NCBI RefSeq assembly: GCF_018977255.1
Contig: NW_024704742.1
Span: 28,150,001-28,214,000 of the forward strand
Reading direction: 5' to 3'
Length of the DNA stretch: 64,000 nucleotides
Origin: Callorhinchus milii
Lineage: Eukaryota
Shown: piece after piece, positions 52,014-64,000 of the stretch
How positions within the stretch are numbered: position 1 is the stretch's first letter
Layout of the letters: every line of letters begins with the position of its first letter
Program-made: the position numbers and the translations under genes
Notes under the pieces: model-generated
The model's database searches: none
What the model was told of the DNA's origin: nothing
Seen by the model: only the letters and a program-made list of their open reading frames with translations

Positions 52014-53679
52014 TGACCAGAACTGTGTGCAGTATAAAACACAATACAGTGAGTATGACTTCTGGGGATCTGAAGTCTGATTTACTAAAACGGTACAGCA
52101 TCCTGTTTGCTAACACCGCATAACGTGAATTCTTGGAGTAATCTACAGATACAGTGAAGGAAGAGTAGAAAAATATAGTTTTTTCTGGAAACACTCAAAG
52201 AGGAACGTTTTAGACAGCTTCCGGATGCAATGTGCGTGATCACTGTCTGTCTCACATCAGGCTTAGTCTTATAACCATTCTCCAGCTGTGCAAGTTGTCA
52301 TTATTTCCAGCAGCTACCTATCAATAAAACCACTAATGTTTGATTATATTTGTATGCGGCATTGAAAGTTCAACTACTCATAATTTTGGTTGTTACTATG
52401 TATGATTAGTAGACAAGGTGTTTCTTTTTGGCGTGCAGTTGAATTTATTCCCACTTTGTTACACAGAAAAGCACCAGAGTAGCATTGGACAATGAATTAG
52501 CATGTTATGTTGTGCAACTTCGGGACCTGAGTTGAGCTAGCTCCAATCAATTACATTAAAGTTCTTTGTTCTTGGCGGACTTTGAGTGTCCCCCCAACAT
52601 GAAAGATTCCTTCTCCACATGCTTCATGTCCAGCAATGATCTTCCTTATAATTACGAAGAACGTACAGCATGGAAACAGGACACTCTTTGTCCTTGTCTT
52701 GTCTACTTCTTTTTCTATATTTATTTTGAACCTTATTGTACCATGGTCACTGGCACCACAGTGCTCCCCTCACATTCAAATTCCAGACCTGCTCTGACTC
52801 ATCGCCCATAACTTGGTCAAGCAGCACTTCTCTTATTGGAATTTCTACATATTGTTAGCATTAATGGACTGCGTGGGCAATAACTTATCCTCATCAATAA
52901 TGGGCTCAGGACCTCGATGGACCTGGATTTGAGATTTTCTGAAACTGAATAATAATCCTTACATTTAATATAGCATCTTTCACATCAATGACTCAAAGCG
53001 ATTCTTAGGATATACTGTAAAGTGCACTAACTGTGTAGTTTGTTGACAAACAGATGGAACACTGAGACCTATAATCTAATGATTCATGGATGCTTATCTC
53101 AGTGCTCCTGAGGGTGAATCATAGCTTAAATTGTAACACTAACTTTCAAATGAGTAAATAGCACAATAATGTTTTCTCAGGAGTATAACATGCATCACTT
53201 TACATTGCAAATGGACTAAGTTCACTTTTCAGGTCCTGAACATAACTATGTGGTATTATTTTATGTGAGCCCATAAAGTTCACTTAATAAAATGAATTAT
53301 GTTATCATTGCAGTTAAAACACAGCAGAAATGTATGACATTGACATTTTCTCATAGACTGTTCATAGAATATTTATAGTAATGCCCCTAAAATTTATGAA
53401 TATTAAATTGTGGAGTGAAAGCCCAAGAAGAAGCACATTATAAAACGTATACAGTAATTTAAATGAATTGATTTATCATGAACTTTGGAATGAAACTCAT
53501 CTCACTGCTAAAAAAAACTTTAATTTAAATCAAATTTAAAAGTGTGAAAAAAAACTAGAAGAAATCAGAAAGTTTCCTGCTATGTACACAAATTGTACCT
53601 GTAGAAATTCAACTTGCATTTACACATGGCCAGGTTTTCATTACAAGCTGAGGAACTAGTAAAGTTCAAAGGATACATG

Positions 53680-54625
53680 AAGAGAAGGAGAAGGGGGCCA
53701 AGAATGGAGCCTTGGGATACTCCATAGATGACTGGCCGGGGGCGAGAAGAAAAACTATTTGCGGAAATGTAGTGCTGGTGGTTTGTAAGTTAGGACTCGA
53801 ACCAAGCAAGTGCGGTCCCACTGAGGTGGATGATGGAGGAGAGACGGTGGAGGAGGATGGTGCAATCAGCTATCTCAAACACTGCAGAGAGGATCAGGAG
53901 GATGAGGAGGCAGAGAGAGCCCTGGTCACAAATAGAGAGGACATCGTTTGTGACTTTTACGAGCTTTGTCTCTGCACTGTGGGCAGGGCGGAAACTGGAC
54001 TTGGAGCGGTCCGAGTAGGAAGCAGAGGGAGAGGTGTGCGTGAAGTTGGTCGGCAACAACACATTCCAAAGCTTTGGCCAGGAAGGGAAGTTTGAAATAG
54101 GGCGGTAGTGCACGAGGTTGGAGAGATCGAGAGTAGGTTTTTTAAGGAGGGGAGTGATGACAACGGTTTTGAGGGGGAGTGGCACTGATCCTGAGGAGAG
54201 GCACTGCTGAATGGTGTCTGCCAGCAGTGGGCAGAGGAGGGGGAGCTGGGTGATCAGCAGCTGGGTGGGGAAGTGGTCGAGGCAGCAGGTGGTGGGTTTC
54301 ATCAGGAGGATAAGAGGGAGGAAGGAGAGATGGGGCAAAGGAATGTAGAATGGGGGTCGTGGTATGAGCTGAAGATGAGTGGTGGGTGAAGGAGACAGAA
54401 TGGAGAGGGTGGTAGGGGCCGCAGGGCAGGAGGATGAGGCTGCCAGGTGGATGTTTTCTATTTTAGAAGTAAGGAAGTCCATGACCTCTTCACACTTGGC
54501 GTTTGATGTAATGATTGAGGATGTTTGAGGGAGTGGTGGATGGTGGAGAATAGGATTTTGGGGTTATTTTTGGCCTCTTTCATCCTTGAGTAATACACAG
54601 TTTTTGCTTGCTTGCGAGAGGGAGC
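53680..54625 (-). mobile_element. L2 ORF2 internal fragment
   Basis: ORF 53790-54482: MKPTTCCLDHFPT, VITPLLKKPTLD..NLVHYRPISN, FRPAHSAETKLVKVTND. Confidence 0.93.
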
Positions 54626-54749
54626 AGGTTTATTTTATACCAACTGTAATTTATATCAAATGTAGGTTTAAAAAACCTAATTCATACCAAATATAAGTAT
54701 CATTATTATTATTGTTATTCACTTCAAGGTCTGCTTTTTTTATAATATG

Positions 54750-54960
54750 TATGCATCACAAGATCATAAGATTGGTTTGGATGAAAAAATCCCTTCAGCT
54801 TATCCTTCTCAAATACATACCAGCATCAAATCCAGTGTCCTGTCATTAATTTCCCTCTGGGTATCTGTTCTGAAACTGTTCTTGGTAACCCTAAGGCTTT
54901 GTCCACTTGTTCTACTATCTCAGAAAGTATTTTTCTGGGTTTACTGTCTCAATCCTACAG
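54750..54960 (-). mobile_element. Old CR1 3' fragment
   Basis: acaagatcataagattgg terminus; accctaaggctttgtccacttgttct (reverse RTRGH-like). Confidence 0.55.
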
Positions 54961-55024
54961 CTCCTATAAATGTTGGTGGTCAAATATACTTTAATGCTAC
55001 ACGGAGGGATTAGAAAGGATGGTT

Positions 55025-55296
55025 CTCAAGAGCAGAGGCATAATAGCTGAAAGCATGCCCACCGATGGTGGAGTGGACAGTGTGGGGACGTGAAGCAGGT
55101 CAATGAGTGGCCAGGTCGGCAGGGTAGAAAGAGGTCACAGAGGAAGGGTAGGACAAGACGTTGGAGGGATTTTGCGTTCACAGAAAGATAAATATGTTCT
55201 AAATAGAGGTAAAATGGAGAAATATGATGTTTCAAGCACTCCGAGACGCTACCCTGCGTGGAGGGCGCTATAAAAGTGCAAGTTGTTGTTGTTGTT
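55025..55296 (-). mobile_element. L2 3' fragment (minus) abutting a plus-strand L2 tail at about 55230-55296
   Basis: gctgaaagcatgcccaccgatggtgg on minus; aagcactccgagacg...gggcgctataaaagtgcaa(gtt)n on plus. Confidence 0.65.
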
Positions 55297-57409
55297 TCAA
55301 TGATCACATCAAATCTGCTACAAAACATCACAATTTTTCACCCCGTTATTTCAAATGGCAAATCACGTGAGGAGTTCTACTAGTGTTTAGTATTGTTGCA
55401 GAATCCATTCCATTTAAGTGTCAGACTCTTTACCTTCCTCATTTCAAGGTGGCCCTCTGTATCTAAGGCTGTCAGTAGGGCATATTCTTATGACGTAAAC
55501 TGTAACTCAATGCAGTACCGAAGATGGTGCTGTCCTTTGAATGAGAAGGTGAAGAAATTTTATGTTAGCCTTTTGTGGTTCTGGGACTTCGTTGAGTGAA
55601 GATCAGGTGCTTTGTTTAGTTGCTTAACAACAGTCACTAAACTTCAAGAAGCAACATATTGTGTGACATGTTTTGAGTGGTTTAGGTCGTGCATACAGTC
55701 ACCCCCCACTCCCCCTGGCTCGGTGTCAGGCTCAGCCAATATTAAGCGCTCCGAGATACTGCCCCGTGAAGGGCACTATATAAATGCAAGTTGTTTTTGT
55801 TCTTTGGGATTATGAGGCATGGTATTAAATGCAGCTATGATATTCTTCTCACTCTGTCCTGCAAAAGCCACAGTGAATTCTCTCCCTCTCTTACTCAGTC
55901 TGCCCAGACTTCAATTTATCTCCCCTTAATGTTAATGTTTTGGAATTCAGTATGCATTATTCCCTTATCTCTTTTAAATTATGGAGACAACCTGAATAAT
56001 ATAACCAAACACTCGAAAGTCATATTGACAGGCCCTGAGTCTCGCAGTGTGTATCGAGGATACATTTGGAACAATTGAAAAGAAGATTTGTCAGAACTTT
56101 GAATTAGTCGCTCACTTCATGACTGTTTGGAGTGCCCTGTGGTGAGCAAGATGACTGCCATGTTCACCTACAAATACAATCACTGTAAATTCTCTGAAAT
56201 GCTTTGAGACATCCTCCTAATGTGAAAGGTGCAATATCAAATGCAAAAATTATTATTGTATTATTAGGTATAGGGGTCAAAATAGACGTCCTCAACACAT
56301 TCCCTTCCTGAACTACTGCCGACAATAATTAAAGAATGATTCTTGAGTAAAATTATCTTTAAAAATTATCCTTAATGGCAAAGTTGAGTCTAAACACCAC
56401 CGAACGTAGGAAGGAGCGATTTATCTCTCCAAACATTTCCCTGATACTACATACTACATACAGTACGTTTGTATATTGCTAACCATCTCCTGTATTATAT
56501 GGGTGGGAAAATCTCCTATAATACAGGATTTAGACCTTCCTAGCAAAAAAATCCAAAGTATCAATGAAGAAAATACTCAGGCTGGGCAAATCTCTACTGT
56601 CTAAGATTTTAGGTAAAGTTTGGGAAAGCCAGTGGAAATGCCCTGACAATGTTTTGTAATTTTTTTTTACATGCAGTAAACATGTTTTTCTAGCATGTGT
56701 TAGAAACACAACAACAAAAGGACAATTGCTATTGTTGTGTGTATGTGTATGTTTATGCATTTGCAGTCCATCAATACATTTATGTTAGGAAATTACTCAT
56801 TCAACATAAAAATAATACTTGAATATTTTCCTGAATGATGCTTTGATTTTTATGGTAGAAAATTCTATAGCCTTTTGTATTTTGTGGAACTAAATAGATG
56901 TGAATAACAGCAGCTTTCAGAGTTTCAAGGACTCGGGTGATATATGAATGCCATCTCCTAAAAAAGACTTTAGCTTGCCAAAAGCTTATTATTTACACTT
57001 ACTATGCTGATTCGGTGAATATAGCATGCTGTATATTGTGCTTGGTGTCTTTGTATAATGGTGATAAACATATCATAATTTATGCTACATTCTGAACTAG
57101 AATAAGCAATTTTCTGCATAACAAACTAGACAGGTTTTAATTCTTAACACATGATTCATGTTAAGCAATAAGTGCCTCTCGTTAATGTTATTTTTATATC
57201 TTCCAATAACATAACAGAGAAAGAACCATGTAAAGAATCAATACAGCTTAATGCTGTATGTGTTACTCTGCTGTCGCCTTTGTCTAAAGGAAATATTTTA
57301 TTCGGGATCTTGCTCTAGTACCATTTAATCCCTAAACTGCCTCAAGCCTCTAGAGACTTCTGTAACCTCTGAGACTGATCTTGTAAATGTTATGCTCAAT
57401 CACCTTGAT

Positions 57410-57981
57410 GCTGAACAGGAAGCAGGGGCTTCTTGGAGCTGAACTGGCTCCAAGGTGACATGCATGGCAATGGAATGTCGTAATCCAGCCAGCCCTCTGT
57501 GGGGGTCTCGATAGTCCAGTTCCTGAGCCAGGTGGGTCTGCAGTATCCCGGGGCACTGATGAAGACAGCACAGCCAGCCTGGCTCATCGGCAGGAACTGA
57601 AAGGGCAGACCAGTCACCAGCTCCTGTTAACCCTGCAAGCCAAAGTCCTAATGGGTAGGGTGGTCCTAACCGGACAAGCAGCGGGGAAGTAATATCGATG
57701 GCAAGCTGGGCAGTTTTAGCTGGTTAGACTCCAGCAGTACCCCAACGCACACACTGGAGTCCCCGAGCCTTGTCCCTTGCTAACCTGCATCTAATACTTT
57801 CCAGAATTAGGTAACCAGGATGTATCCCTCCAGGGAGAGAGTGCGCATTCCATTCCAACAATCTATCCCTGGGATTTCCATGTGTAGGTGGGTTACATGG
57901 AAATCTCAGCTTGATTGAGATACACTTAAGCATGGTGATGGATTTCCGCGTGTGTCAGATGCCCGGCTGACCGAAAAAAAA
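57410..57981 (+). mobile_element. Unclassified GC-rich structured repeat ending cggctgacc-(A)n, longest copy
   Basis: Collinear with 61340-61734 from about 57575 to the A-run, and with 32126-32212; 5' boundary uncertain. Confidence 0.75.
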
Positions 57982-58764
57982 CCTGAATAAGGACACCGAG
58001 ATTACAGTCGTAAAATTATGATGGCTTCATTGCTCTAATGTTAACCTTAATGTAGCAAAATAGATATCACAAAAACTTTCAAATGAAAAATGAAATCTTT
58101 AGTTTGTCTTTTTCCCCAGTTTAGTACTGTAGTCTGCCTTTAATTTTAATTTTATTATCAATATACATATATTTATATTTTATCTATACATATATAACAA
58201 TGCAAACAAATGTGATATGTATGAGATTATATGAGTATTATATATCATATAAATATTTATATTATCGGACACCTCTGTATGCAATTGGCTGCCGTGTTTC
58301 GCCCACTAACATTCACTTTACAATATATTCTGTGAAGCACTTTGAGACGTCTCAAAAATGTGAAAAAGCGCTACGTTAAATACAAGGATTATCTATATAT
58401 ATTATACAATATATTTATCTAATGCATATCGCATTTTTATTTTTCCCTAAAATCCTTTTTCATTAGTCTTCTGCCTTACAGCTCCCGTTGTCTTCTGTTT
58501 CAGACATGGAAACAGAAGCATGTTTTAAAAAGAAAGCTACTGTTTTTCTGGGCTGAGAACTGGGTGGAAGCATTTTGTTTTAGCAGCCAATAAAAGGTCC
58601 AGTGTCTTAAGACTGGCATGTTCACATAAGAGATGCAACCAGGTCACATTGATGTGAAAATCATGATAGAAGGCAGAAAGTGAACATTGCTGACGATCAA
58701 GCTCATCTGTTCTGCTCAAATGGCCAGAACTCATTTATATTAAAGTGAGCATAACTATAGCTTG

Positions 58765-59128
58765 TGGAGTCCTGTAGTGTATGATTAGAGCACTTGCCTC
58801 GCAAGTGAGAAGACCCAGGTTCAATTCCTGGCAGGGCCAAACCTTAGACAAGTTTGCTTACTCCACACGCCTCTGTTTACCAAGCAGTAAGTAGGCACCA
58901 GGTGTTAGTTGATTGGTGCATCGCTTTCTGGGGGCAATAATCCCTCAAAAAAAATGTGATCACTCAATCCACAACCGTTTGTGGGACACTGCTGTTTGCA
59001 ATTGCCTGCCATATTTCACATATAAAATGTACAATCAATTCAACTTTACATATATATTCTATGAAGCACTTTGAGACGTCTCAACAAAGTGATAAGGCTT
59101 TAGATCAAATGCAAGGATTATTATTATT
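58765..59128 (+). mobile_element. tRNA(Ala)-derived SINE, long variant with extra internal segment
   Basis: tggagtcctgtag...ggttcaattcctggcagggc; extra ctgtttaccaagcagtaagtaggcaccagg... segment; (att)n tail. Confidence 0.92.
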
Positions 59129-59986
59129 CCTATTTAGCTGGCAAGTATTTTCAGTATAATGATGTGCCCCTAACTCATTGTTGGGAGAAGAAAAAAATAT
59201 TTAAAATATCTTCCAAAACTCTCCAATTACCCAATAAGGGAAAAACCCAGCAGAGTGTGACACTGGACAAAACGAGAGGAACAGTCACCTAAGATTCCTA
59301 CTCCTTATTCCTCTCAAATGATCCTTTTTGGAAAATAAGCTTGAGTATTTTGAATCAGAATGGCATTGGGCTTGATTGCAAAGCACTCCATCATCAAATG
59401 GTTTGCTAACACTGAGGACAACTGATGGCTTGTGGAATCATACAGCAGAAATGGTCAGTTGCTTTCAGGAGAGGTTGAGGAGAAACAGTGAATAAGCACA
59501 TCCTTTGCGTAGTAAAAGATATTCATAGCTTTAATACTCCTGCATCGACTTATTTTGAACGCTCCCATGGCTGCCCTGAACAAAACTTTAGCAAACAGCT
59601 GTACAGGATATGTTCAGCACATTTGGGATGTACCTAAGGAAGCAGTCCTCAGGTTAGGCCAAGTGCTGAATGTTTTTGTTGCTTTGGATGTTATCTAATT
59701 GCCATCCAGGACAGGCATCTGTGGGATTTCCAATGGAACTCACGGATGAGTCATATTACCAGTGTGAATAGGAGAGATCCTAACAGGAAGGGGAAAGCCA
59801 AATGATGAACGTCTCTGATGATGGGTGGAGATGGTGAGGAGGAGGGTAATTCAAACATCAAACCTCTTCCTAGATTTTTCATGGTATTCCTGTAGCAATT
59901 AGCTGGGAAGTGCTTCACACACAGCACTTGCAGGACTTCCAAGTTATAGTTGTACTCCATTTTTTTTTGTGCAGGATTCAACAATG

Positions 59987-60115
59987 TAACATAACATGTA
60001 GGAGCAGGAGTAGGCCATTCAGCCCTTCGAGCCTGCCCCGCCATTCAATCATGGCTGATCTACTAAACTAACTCCAGCTAATAACCTAACCCTGCCTTAT
60101 CCCCATATCCCTTAA
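59987..60115 (-). mobile_element. CR1 3' terminus
   Basis: taacataacatgtaggagcaggagtaggccattcagcccttcgagcctgccccgccattcaatcatggctgatct. Confidence 0.9.
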
Positions 60116-61339
60116 TCTGTAGTTTCTCTTGAAAGCATTTTTATTAATATGCTGTTGTGCATGGCCAAGGAGCCACATTTAATGTGAAGTTAGTGGATTC
60201 ATTTAATTTGCCAATCATATATATATGTATATATATCTATAAACACGCAATGCTTACATGCATGACTAGTATATGTACATATTCTATATGCATATGCACG
60301 TATGTTACATCAGTAAATATGTATCGGACCCAGCCATGTTTCACATAAAGCATTACAGTAACAGTTTAATACAATACAAATTTACATTATATAGCACCTT
60401 TCATATTGGGTGCATGGCCCAAGATGTGGAAATTATATTGATTGTGATCTTTTTAGACTTTTTTTCTATGTTTAAGCTCATTGAAAGTCGAGGATTGTAT
60501 CAGTAACAAAATTTTCACAGGTGGTTAGTTCTGAATTGAATCCATAAATGTCCATGCAAGAGAGTCACATCATTGCCTTGAAGGTAGCTACATTAAACCT
60601 CAGTACCCAATAGAACCAGAGGTTGCGCTCTTCTGAAACTCAGTGGGATCCTAAATCTCTCACAAAGTTTTCCATCAGGAACAATAAAGAGGAATTTACA
60701 GAGACTTTGCTTTCTTCAGGAGTGTCCAAAAATACATGGGAGGCCAAGAAAGATATTGACTTTGTGCCCTTGCTGCTGTCATTCAAAGAAGAGGATTACA
60801 GCCAATATACTACCTCAGGGTAGTAGAATACTATCAGCACTTCACCATGTATTTTGCAGGGACAGACTCTGGGTGGAAAAGTCCAGATGATGAGCCAATC
60901 ACCTCGAACCATAACCAAAATTTTTCAGAGTTGAGACCTCTCTGGGGTGAAATAATTGGGGCTTCAGGTAAAAGGTGGAAACCATTAGCTCACATTTAGC
61001 TGCACAGGGAATTTATACATTTATTCACTGATTTTTGACCCAGAAATCAGGATGCTACTAGCATTCCCTTGTGCTGGAAGTTAGACAACCTATGCTATGT
61101 CCTCGTTGAATGCTGATATGTGGACCAGAGCTTAAGCCACATTGTGTTGATATTTCCACCATGTTCCTGTCCTCTGGAGCTCTCTTGTAAAGTCACATTA
61201 CCTTGCTACCTTTTACCATGATGTCCGTAACCTACCCGACACATATTTCAGCTGTGGTATTGGTCAACATCTTTGAATCTCTCCTTCCCCCTTGCTCAGG
61301 CTCCATCGCTACATTAGTCAGGTGTTTGGAACATACTTT

Positions 61340-61734
61340 CAGGCTGGCTCGGACGCAGGACTAGGAAGGGCAGGCCAGTCATTGGGAGCAGGGACTCTTC
61401 CCACTCGGATCCTGTGGCCCTTGCAACCCAAAGCCCTAACGGCTAGAGTGGTCCTAGCTGGACAAGCAACAGACAGTGCCTTCAATGGCAACCTATGTGG
61501 TTTTATCTGGTTAGACTCCAGCAGAAAGCCAACGCACTCTGAGGTCCCCAAGCCTTGGCTCTTGCCAACCTGTGACTAATACTTTCAGGGAGATAGTATG
61601 CATTCCATTGCAATAAACTAACCCTGGAATTTCCATGTGTAGGTGGGTTGCGTGGAATTCTGTTTGCTTTGGAAACCATTAAACATGGTGTTGAGTTTCT
61701 GCATGTGTCAGACATTCGGCTGACCAAAAAAAAA
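61340..61734 (+). mobile_element. Second copy of the unclassified structured repeat
   Basis: gtggtccta.c.ggacaagca, ggttagactccagcag, ccaacgcac, ttccatgtgtaggtgggtt, gtgtcaga...cggctgacc(A)9 shared with the 57.6-58.0 kb copy. Confidence 0.8.
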
Positions 61735-62889
61735 GTTTTTTAACATAAGGGATGCTCTGTCAATGCAAGTTCTTGTTATAAGAGCACTTCCTATAACATG
61801 CTTCACTTTATCTCTGCACAAGTCTAGAACAATGGCAGCAAATAATATTTTCCATGTTGGAAGATGCTGAACAATATCTGTCCTCTTGTGTTCAAAGTAC
61901 TGTATTCTGCATTCTCTGAAGAGAAAATAGCCTATAAACTCCATCCACTCGGCAGGCAATGGCTTGCTCACCCCAGCCTGTCCGCTCTGTGATCGGCTTT
62001 TACCTCGCCCACTCCCTTTGCCTCCTTCAAGGCCATTTTGAGCACCTTGGGACATCCTCCCAATGTGAAAAATGCTGTATGAATGTTGTTGTTGTGGTCG
62101 GCTTGAACATATCCAGGTCTGCAGATACTATCCATCTTCTACTTAGAAACTGTCTAAGCATTCTTTTAAAATTGTGTTTATTCAGTATTCATTATCCGAG
62201 ATATTGCTGGTGTCAAGATATGCCCTTTGCTTGTATATCATGGCAGAAACATGATCAGTTCTAATTTTAGCCCAGCTATATCAGCTATACTTTTTTAATG
62301 TGTAAGAACAGCTGCTTTTCTCTATGGAAATATGAAGACCATCGCTCATGCTGAACAACATGTATTTATTCATCATTGTCCTACAAAGGGATGCGAGTCA
62401 CCCAGGAAATTATTGAACAAGCAGCGGCTCATACTTATTTCGCAAGCTGACTTTCAGCTAAAATGTAACACTTTACACAATTATTACTTTGTATTATGTC
62501 CTTTGTGAAGGCTCAGTTGAATAATCCACTAAAACCCTTTTCTTCAAACCAAATCCAATAAAGATGTGACACGAGGATAAAACTCTATTCCTTTTTAAAA
62601 AAATCAGGACTTTTAAGCATTTTTTTTTCAACATCAAATTACTTTGAGTAACCCGTTCTCTGAGATATTATCCTGGGTGAAGGGCACTATGCAGATGCTT
62701 TTGTTGTATCAAATGTCCTTCAGGTTAAGTGCTGACCAGTTCACCATTTTCCCCTTGCATTATATTATCTCTGTGGCATGCAGTATTCTTACCATCTGCC
62801 TGTCTACCTTATCTTTGATCCATGAGTGCATAAATTGACCAAAGCTGTGAGCCCATTGAAGACAAAAAAATGAGAAGGAGCAAAACCCC

Positions 62890-64000
62890 AGCGGCATGAG
62901 GAGGAACTGAGTGAGGTGGAACAGAGTGAGAATTCTGTTAAGGAATTTAGTGAGAATGGGAATTTGGTGCAGAGGGTGAAAGAGGTGCATAATTATAAAA
63001 TATATAAGTTATATTAAAACAAAATAAAACATGTTTGTGAATATGGCAGAAGAGCTGAGACTGGTTGCATGCACTATGTGTGCCATGTGGGAACTCTAGG
63101 ATGCTTTGTGTGCTCTGGGCAGACACATGTATAGGAAGTGCCTCTGGCTGCTCCAGCTTGAGCTCAGAGTTTCTGAGCTCGAGGAGAGGTTGGTGTCATT
63201 GCATAACAGGAGGCTGAAGAGTTCATGGATCAAACATTTCAGGAGGTGGTCACCCCACAGCCACAGAGGGTTCAGATGGAGAGTGAGTGAGTGACTACCT
63301 GGCATGGTAGGAAAAGGGAACGGGCAATGCAGAAATCCCCTGAGAGTATGGCACTCACAAACCCATTCTCAGTACTGAATACCGGTCAGGGAGATGACAA
63401 CTTAGGGGAGGGGAGTCAAAAGCAAATGGATGCACAGGGGGACCCAGGGAAGAATGTCAATGCAATTGTCATTGGGGACACAATGGTGAAAGAAGTAGAC
63501 AGGCATTTCTGCAACCAAAGACTCTCACATGGTATGTTGCCTCCCTGGTGCCAGGGTTGAAGACATCATGGAACGGGTGCAAAACGTTCTACAGGGGGAA
63601 GGGGAACATCCAGCAGTCGTGGTCCATGTTGGGATCCATGACGTAGGGAAAAAAAGGGCTGAGATCCTACAGGGAGAGTATCAGAAGGTAGGGAAAAAGC
63701 TAGAGTAGGACCTCAAAAGTGGTGATCTCTGGATTACTCCCAGTGCCTCGTAAATGTGAGTATCAAAACAGCAGGATCAAACATATGAATGCATGGCTTG
63801 AGAAGTGGTTCCTGAATCATTGGGACCAGTTCTGGGGCAGGTGGGACCTGTACAAGGTGGATGGGTTACACCTGAACAGGGCTGGGACCAACGTCCTTGC
63901 AGAGAGATTAACTTGTGCTGTAGGGAAGGGTTTAAATTGATTTTGAGGGGGGAAGGGAATCAGGATGTAGCATTTGAGAGAATAAACAAGTTACATAGTG
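62890..64000 (+). mobile_element. 5' end of a CR1-clade LINE (5' UTR + ORF1), runs off the window
   Basis: Purine-rich leader followed by an ORF1 with zinc-finger/leucine-zipper and esterase motifs. Confidence 0.85.
63043..63940 (+). pseudogene. Disrupted CR1 ORF1: N-terminal Cys motif + leucine zipper + SGNH/GDSL-like esterase domain
   Basis: MAEELRLVACTMCAMWE...LELRVSELEERL; AIVIGDTMV; CCLPGARV; VVVHVGIHD; VVISGLLPVPR; LYKVDGLHLNRAG; several stops and frameshifts. Confidence 0.88.

Noticed and set aside
58480..58600. Strong acceptor tgtcttctgtttcag followed by ATG
   Set aside because: All frames close quickly and there is no good donor nearby
60623..60823. Coding-looking ORF (possible retroelement endonuclease or exon)
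   Set aside because: No diagnostic motif or splice support found
1..64000. ORF-track entries as host protein-coding genes
   Set aside because: Recognisable ones are broken retroelement frames or their antisense; the rest are short, often start at non-ATG codons and show no recognisable domains

Overview
Repeat-rich, non-coding (intronic or intergenic) vertebrate DNA. The repeat content points to a cartilaginous fish, possibly a chimaera. This is inferred from abundant L2 LINEs with (TTG)n tails, CR1 LINEs with (ATGTT)n-type tails, DeuSINE-like and tRNA-Ala-derived SINEs sharing an L2-type (ATT)n tail, and Penelope-type remnants. I could not identify an intact protein-coding gene. Every recognisable ORF is a broken retroelement piece: L2 endonuclease/RT, RTE RT, L1/Tx1 RT and zinc knuckle, or CR1 ORF1 esterase. 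One short candidate ATG-bearing exon (7160-7259) is unassigned. The most unusual structures are (i) three unrelated local inverted duplications (about 12.0-13.0, 21.3-21.8 and 41.4-42.8 kb) whose arms match far better than ordinary repeat copies, (ii) an unclassified, structured, A-tail-ending repeat present three times (32.1, 57.4-58.0, 61.3-61.7 kb), and (iii) fossil hammerhead motifs and palindromic MITEs. All alignments were done by eye and family names are recognised from memory, not from a database search. Boundaries of old repeats are approximate. I cannot claim a confirmed new biological system.
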